A stretch of 64,000 bases of DNA, taken from Azolla caroliniana (Eukaryota > Plantae > Polypodiophyta). Position numbers and translations under genes: made by a program. The stretch covers positions 33,170,001-33,234,000 of the forward strand of contig JBHGNT010000001.1 in NCBI GenBank assembly GCA_043228905.1, read 5' to 3'. This document shows, in pieces, positions 57,501 through 64,000 of this stretch. The notes below the pieces were generated by a model. That model searched no databases. It was not told where the DNA came from and saw only the letters and a program-made list of their open reading frames with translations. Numbering within the stretch: position 1 is the stretch's first letter; each line of letters opens with the position of its first letter.

Positions 57501-58505
57501 AGAAGCATTGCTTATTCATAACTACATTGTTGACACGTACGTTTTGCTCATAAGGGTGTCGTCAATCTTCTTATAGTTGGATCATAAGAAAAAGAGAGCA
57601 ATGCATCATGAAAACACGGGATGGCCATGCAAGGGATAAACTCGGCAACATTGAGTGACGACATCCAGAACGAAGATTGTAAAAGGGGTGATGGATGGCC
57701 GAACGAAATAGTAGGCAAATATAAAATAGGAGTGGGAAAGCATCCAATGAATGATCCAAAGGAAATAATATGGTATGGGCGATGATGGCACGAGATAGAT
57801 ATATATATATATGATTATATCCTTCCTTATACATATACAATAATAAAGGAAATTTTGGCTTACTAAAGTTACACACTTATGTATTTTACAAGAGTTTAGA
57901 GCGCGGACATAACACACACACACACACACACACAACAAAAATAATAAAGGAAGGCAGGGGGGTGTGTGTGTGTGACAGGGGCAAAGTTTAGAGAGAAAGA
58001 AGTCAAGAAATGAAGGAAGAAAGGCCTTTCTTCTCTCTGTCTCTGTCTCTGTCTCTCTCGTTTCAGCAGGCCACGAGGTCCTAATTTCCCCATCGCCCCC
58101 CAAATGCTTCTTTTCAATCCATTGCTACTTTGAGAAAGCTTCTTCTTCGCGTGTGCCCTCCTCTGTCCCCTCCCTCCCCGTCCTCTTCTGTTTCGCTATA
58201 CATCAAATTTTTTTATCAGGTATCTTTTTCACAAAACCCTAATTTCTCCCTTTGCTATTTATCCTGTTATGAGCGAGAGGAGAGCTTTTTAAAGTGTATG
58301 TATAATATATATGAAGCATGATAGACTCCTTTGTCAACCAGCGTGATAAATAAAGACATGCAAGAAGTATATGTTGCATTTTTTTTTTCTTCTTCTTCTT
58401 TTGATTAATCTCATATATTTCCACTAAGGCGAGGTTTTGTTCTTGTTGACATTTCATGCTGTAACACAGGATGTAGGTGAATGGAAATGGCTTGTCTAGC
58501 TTGTT

Positions 58506-61500
58506 ATGGAAGGAATAGTTGATAAGGATTTTAAATGTTCTCAGCCCAATATGTCAAAATCTTCGTACTTGAATTCAGGTGGTGGGGAAAATAGATGGAA
58601 AAGATCGGTGAAGAGGAGATTTGACGATAACGGATTTGATGCTACAATACATAATGATTATAACTATGTCGATAAAAGATATGATGACACATTAAATAAT
58701 GATACAAGATATGATGATACCCTATATAGCGATGCATCATTGTCCAAGGAGGTGGAAAGCCACCAAGGAATTCTCTCTTCTGAAACGAGAAGAAGCACAC
58801 GGAGTAGCAATGGCCATGAAAAGATGTCAAATGAGGTAGAAAAAATGCCATTCGAGGCTGCTGGGACCAAATTCAATATTGAAAAACTAGGAAAAAATGT
58901 ACTTGAAGTTATTGATTCTTGTGCTATTGACGAAGGAAATCTCTTTTTTGAAAGGAGAAGAAGCACATGGAGTAAAAATGACTGTGAAAATGTTTCTACT
59001 GGTGCAGAATCAACGTCTCTTGGTGATATTGAGGCCAAACTCAAGCTTGAAAAAGAAGGCATAAATGGCCACAAAGGTGCCAATTCCTCAGATCTTCAAT
59101 CATTAATCAATTTTCAAGGAACAAGTTATGCAAGAGAACCTTCCGGGACTTCCTTTGAAAGGTCAACTTCCCGTAATGAATGTGAAAATGTATGTAATGG
59201 CCCTGAAAGAATGCCTCTGGATGATATTGGCTCTACATTCGAGCTTGAGAAACCAGGCAGAAAGAACCGTGATGTTGTGGGTTCTTCAGATTTCCATTCA
59301 TTCATCAAGACTCTAGGTTCAAGGCCCGAGAACATAGGTTCAGGGAGTTTCATACAGAGGTCAACTTCACACAAATTTGAACAATTTTCTAACAATGTCC
59401 AAGTAGTGGGAACAAATGCTCAATCAAGAAAGCGATGCTCTCCTCATGCATCACTTGAAGCAGATCAAGATCTCATTGCTTATCCAGAGGTTATGATGTT
59501 GAAGAAAGCCCTCAAGTCTGAGAGAGATGCTATTCAGAAACTCTATAAGGAATTGGAAGAAGAGCGACGTGCCTCTAAGACAGCTGCAGATGAAGCCATT
59601 TCTATGATAATGAGAATTCAGGACGAGAAGGCAGCCGCTTTGATGGAAGCTTGGCAATACCGGCGTGTTGTAGAGGAGAGAGAATGCCATAACCAAGAAG
59701 CAATCACTCTACTCAAAGAGGCTCTTTTGGACAAGGAGTATGAGTTATTGTCTTTACAAGAGAGAATGGATGTTTACAAAGAGATGTTTATGAGAATACA
59801 GTCTGGGCAAGGAATGGTTCAAGATAACTTTCTTGAGGAAGGTTTAAGGAAAGAGAATTTGCTTTTGCTAGAAAGTGAGGAAATGGAAACATCATTACCA
59901 TATGCAGATGGGAAGCACATTAGATATCATTATGGAAATCAAATAATGGATAAAACCATGTTGAATGAGGCTGAGTTGCATGAACCTCAAACTGGCATTT
60001 TGGATTTTAGATGCTCCCATGAGGCTACACCTGACAGTAGAAGATTAAACCTAGGACGTCACTTCAAGGATATTCAAGTGTTCCATGATGGGAAAAATTA
60101 TGAGTATTTATCAGGAGAGGATGATGGGGTGTTGGAAAGATCTCATGAACCTGAATTTGGGAATACTGATAATGATGGCCACTCTCTGGGAGCAGAAGAC
60201 ATGAGTGTCACAATTTTGGATCGAGTGAAACGCCTTGAGGAGCGGCTTGAGTATATTCGTCACAGTCAAGTACTTCACCGTGAAAATGCTAATCATTCTG
60301 TAACCCCCCATAATGTGGATCTAGAGGAATCAAAACACTATAATCACTTCAATATACAAGAAGTTTTTTCTACGAAGAGAGAACAGTATAGTTCATTGAA
60401 CATTGACCCAAAAGAGAAATGTTCAACATGGGAAAAGTCCATGAACCCTTCCTGTGACAAAGAGGTTGGTAAAGTTTTTGAATGCTTATCTGCTATGAGG
60501 CATTTAAAGAATTTGGGTATTCAGAATCTGGAGGGATGTTCTACGACGTATGATGCAGAAGCTGAGTCTGGTATGAAAGAGGTGATATCGAGAGGGTGGG
60601 GGACAGATACATCCAAAGCCATCGATGGAGATGATGTCGGGGAGAGTATCCATGATGTATATGAGGTCCATGAAATCAAAGAGTCTATCGTGCATCCTGA
60701 TGATTTTGTCTGCCGAACAGTTGAAGATAGGCATGGCTCTGGAGCAGGCAATGCAAGTTTTTACAGTGTGCAAGAGTCTGAAGAAGCATTGACGAATGAA
60801 GTCATTCTGCCAACACATGGAAGTTATTGCGCGGAAACTAGTAAATTGTCTGTTGAATTCAGTGCCTTGAACATTCACAAAAATGTGGGGGATGAGGATG
60901 TAGACCAACTCAAGCTAAGACTTCAGGCCCTCGAAGGTGAAAGAGTCTTTATGAAGGAGGCAATTGAGTCTTTGAGAAAAGAAAATGGGGAGTTGAAACT
61001 ATTGCAAGAGATAGCCCAGCAGTTACGCGAGCTGAAGGGAGATGTGAGGAGAGTGGAAGGATCAGCAATGCAGGGTCATTTATCATTTCTCTCCTTTTTC
61101 AAGGTACACACAGAATTGAATCATTCTCTTTCATAAAATAATCATTCACCATAGTAATTATTATAATCTCATGGCTTTGTGTGAATATGCAAATCAATAA
61201 TGGCTTTAGATATTTCGTCACTTCCAACACTATCCACCCCAATCTATAAGCGTACTTTTTTTAGTGCACCCAGAACGGAGGGCATTTTGTATAACCTTTC
61301 TTTCATAGATATAAACAATTAATAGAACCCACATCACTAAAATTTCAATTTTGTATGATGTTGAAATGGTTTCCTAGCAATTTTGTCTAAGGTTCGACTA
61401 TTGTGTACAAAAAATTCTGAAATGCTCTTCTGATGTTACACCAGAACTTAATGTCATTTGCTGGGATTCATAATTTATCCACCATTGAAGAAAGCAGGTA

Positions 61501-61744
61501 AGGCATGATGCCATTATCTATATTATATGGTACATATATAGTGAACTTTCAACTTCTCCTTTGAAGTAGTAAAAAAGATAGTTGTCATTGTTATTGTTCA
61601 TCCAGGTTTTTCCATTCTTTTCAAAGAAAATCAATGATATCATCTACTACACAAGATGGTCTTCTCCAAATTCTGAATAAATGTTCGGAAGCACCGAGGA
61701 ATGGATATGTGACAAGAGAGTACAAAATAAAGTTCAAAACATAG
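58506..61744 (+). CDS. Myosin-binding (MyoB) / GTD-binding DUF593 protein; exons 58506-61103, 61445-61497, 61606-61744
   Basis: LKKALKSERDAIQKLYKELEEERRASKTAADEAISMIMRIQDEKAAALMEAWQYRR (DUF593); C-terminal LKLRLQALEGERVFMKEAIESLRKE..ELKLLQEIAQQL; two further GT-AG exons keep the frame to TAG at 61742-61744. Confidence 0.88.
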
Positions 61745-63303
61745 GTTTGGTTTGTTTATTCTTCTTATTCTCTTCTCTTTTTTCGGCAACCTCGTTGGGT
61801 GGAGGGCTGTGGGAGCTGATGTCCTGATCTATGGTTGTTAAGATGAATTCTTCTCTTAAAAACTGTAGGCTGGTTAAGATAGTTATTAAGAGGAGTTTTC
61901 ATAAAGAAAGTTGCTGTAATTTTTTAGCCTTCTTTTTTGGCCTCGTCTATGTATCTGTCATTTCTCGAGGGCAGACTTTCCTGAAGATGTTGTAAAGATT
62001 GATGTACTCTAGATTGTACAGCTTTGCGTCGAGTATGAATTTTGGAACAAAATGAATATACACTTGCAAAGCTACCCATCCCTCTCTTTTATTTCTTTGC
62101 TTTGTAATGATAGCTCCACATGTTTTCAAACCAAAGATTGATGTATGTATTTCTTCTTAGAAGTGATTTCCAACCAACTCTGGAGGATGTCTTTCCCATC
62201 CGGATGGCTTCTGAAATTTTTCTAGTGAATTTAGTTCGATTCAAAGTGTGGTGTGTAAAAAAGCATGGAAAAGGTGGCTGTGGGACTTTAGGTACAATAT
62301 TATATTATCTATAAGGGTGGGTGTGGATATGGTTTCTTTTTGTAAACAAACTCAAATATTGTGGAAGCTTGTACTTTTGTATTATTCTTATTGTGATCTA
62401 CATATTTGTATATAATATGACAGTGAATAAGCTAACCCTAAAATGGGCAATAGTAACATATATGTTTGATCCTGATAGTAGTGCTAGTGTAGACTGCAAG
62501 CACACGACCATTTTACTTGAGTGAGACCAAGAGTTCAGGGTTACCCTAGGAAAATGGATATCATGAATCCTTGAAGTGCTCTCTCGCAGACATTGTTTTC
62601 ATTTTCTTTTTTGTGAAAGAAAGCAAAAGCAGAATTTGTCCTCTCTTGTAAAGAGCAGTTCAATACAAGTAGATAGTGATCACTAGACGGCATGTTGACA
62701 GCTTTACAACTCACTATTGAAAATGCATAATTGTGAATGAAACTTGTGATGTCAAATTAATGTATCAGTTGTGGAAATATTAGGAATACAATTAACCAAA
62801 TGAGAAGTAGACTATCTCATGACCCATCCAACAAAATATCTCTTGTGCTATGTCTCCCTTCTCCTAAATAAAGAGTTCATGTTTAAAGGAATAGCATTGT
62901 ATGTTTCATAGCTATATGCTCTATCCCTATTGATCATTGTTGCCATTCTTGGAAATCTTACTAATTGTCAAGGCTTCACCAATCGATTCCATAGTCCTTT
63001 CAATGAGATTTGGGAATCACCTTTCGACCAAGCCTATCGACGGAAAGAATAAACAGACTCTTTTAATAGTAAAAAATCATACTTCCTTTTATATGCAATT
63101 TGAATGGTAAATCAATGATTTTTCTAGGTATACACATGAAGACTAGGACAATATGCGTACAAAACCTACATTCCACTATGACATCTAGTAAGGTTGTGAG
63201 ATATTTTTAATGTCCACGGATCTAGTAAGCTAGTGAAAGATATTTTTAACATCTTCAGGAGACCAATTGCGAGAGACAGAGAGAGAGTTTATTGGTGGTG
63301 TTC

Positions 63304-63538
63304 GTGGTGTGAGACAACATATATGTAGGTTGAACGGAAACATGAATCGACAATTTTCGTAACTAGAATTTGAAAGCACATTGACCTTAGAGGAGTTGCC
63401 TCATGTTTCGAAAAGGTTCTTCTTTGGTGGGGTTTGTGGAGTAGGACAACATATACGTAGGTCGAAAGGAAATATGATTTGGCAATTTTTTGTAACTAAA
63501 CTTTGTAAGCACATCATCCTTATTGGGGTTGCCTCATG
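63304..63538. repeat. Direct repeat, about 100 bp x2
   Basis: gacaacatata-gtaggt-gaa-ggaaa-atga...gtaacta...aagcacat...gttgcctcatg at about 63304-63405 and 63436-63538. Confidence 0.8.
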
Positions 63539-64000
63539 CCACTTTGCTTGACATCACCTTAGAGAGTTTACTTCCCCATAAAAATACTCATTGTCATAGT
63601 AGGGACATGAAGGGGTTTTTGTATTGTCATGATGTTTTAATATACATTATTTTGATGAAAAGAGGAGAGACATAGAGATGCGGTCAAACCCTAACTTCCA
63701 TGATGGCATCATTCGTGACAAGAAGACCTTGCATTCTTTTTCAATATCTTCGAGAAGCATCGGAGCCACAAGCATATGCGTGCTATGTATAGATTTCCTT
63801 GTTTTAGAGCTACTCAACGAGGCTACTGCCTTTTTCTTTTACAATGATTTTCTTTATCGGAAGAAAATTGAATATGTGATATGAATTCTAGCCGCACACA
63901 CGTCTCGATTGCTTTGTGAAAGAGGAAGCAAAGAAGGAACTTCAGGATGCGAGGGGTATGCTTGGAAATTACCAAAAAGCCAGTGGAGCGGAGAAGGGTA

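Noticed and set aside
51800-57600. About 6 kb gene-free region with short ORFs
   Set aside because: AT-rich with no recognisable domains or termini; probably decayed TE sequence that I cannot classify.
57571-58457. Several 60-165 aa ORFs upstream of the MyoB gene
   Set aside because: Products of microsatellite-rich promoter, 5'UTR and intron sequence.

Overview
Gene-dense, AT-rich nuclear DNA from a land plant, with GT-AG introns and microsatellites. A DYW:WW-type PPR editing factor points to a seed-free vascular plant; short introns and about 11 genes in 64 kb would fit a compact-genome fern (inference only). Gene order: 3' end of an anoctamin-like gene (+); mitochondrial uL18-like gene (+); LEA_2/NHL-like gene (+); PLS-E PPR (-); XRI1-like (-); PLS-DYW:WW PPR (+); CCR-like fragment and PPR pseudogene; intact CCR-like reductase (-); plastid LSMT-like SET protein (-); decayed Ty1/copia; alternative oxidase (+); At4g14310-like WD40 protein (-); GTD/myosin-binding protein (+). 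Main observations: (1) the intact DYW:WW gene has its catalytic zinc-ligand His replaced by Gln (QSEKLA) and ends in DHY; (2) a PPR/CCR pair was tandemly duplicated and each copy lost the opposite gene; (3) the uL18 resembles the plant uL18-like clade repurposed for intron splicing; (4) a hAT-like MITE sits in the CCR promoter; (5) candidate NAC (MDM-like) and E2F promoter motifs. I found no evidence for a wholly new multi-gene system. All homology calls are from motif recognition, not database searches.
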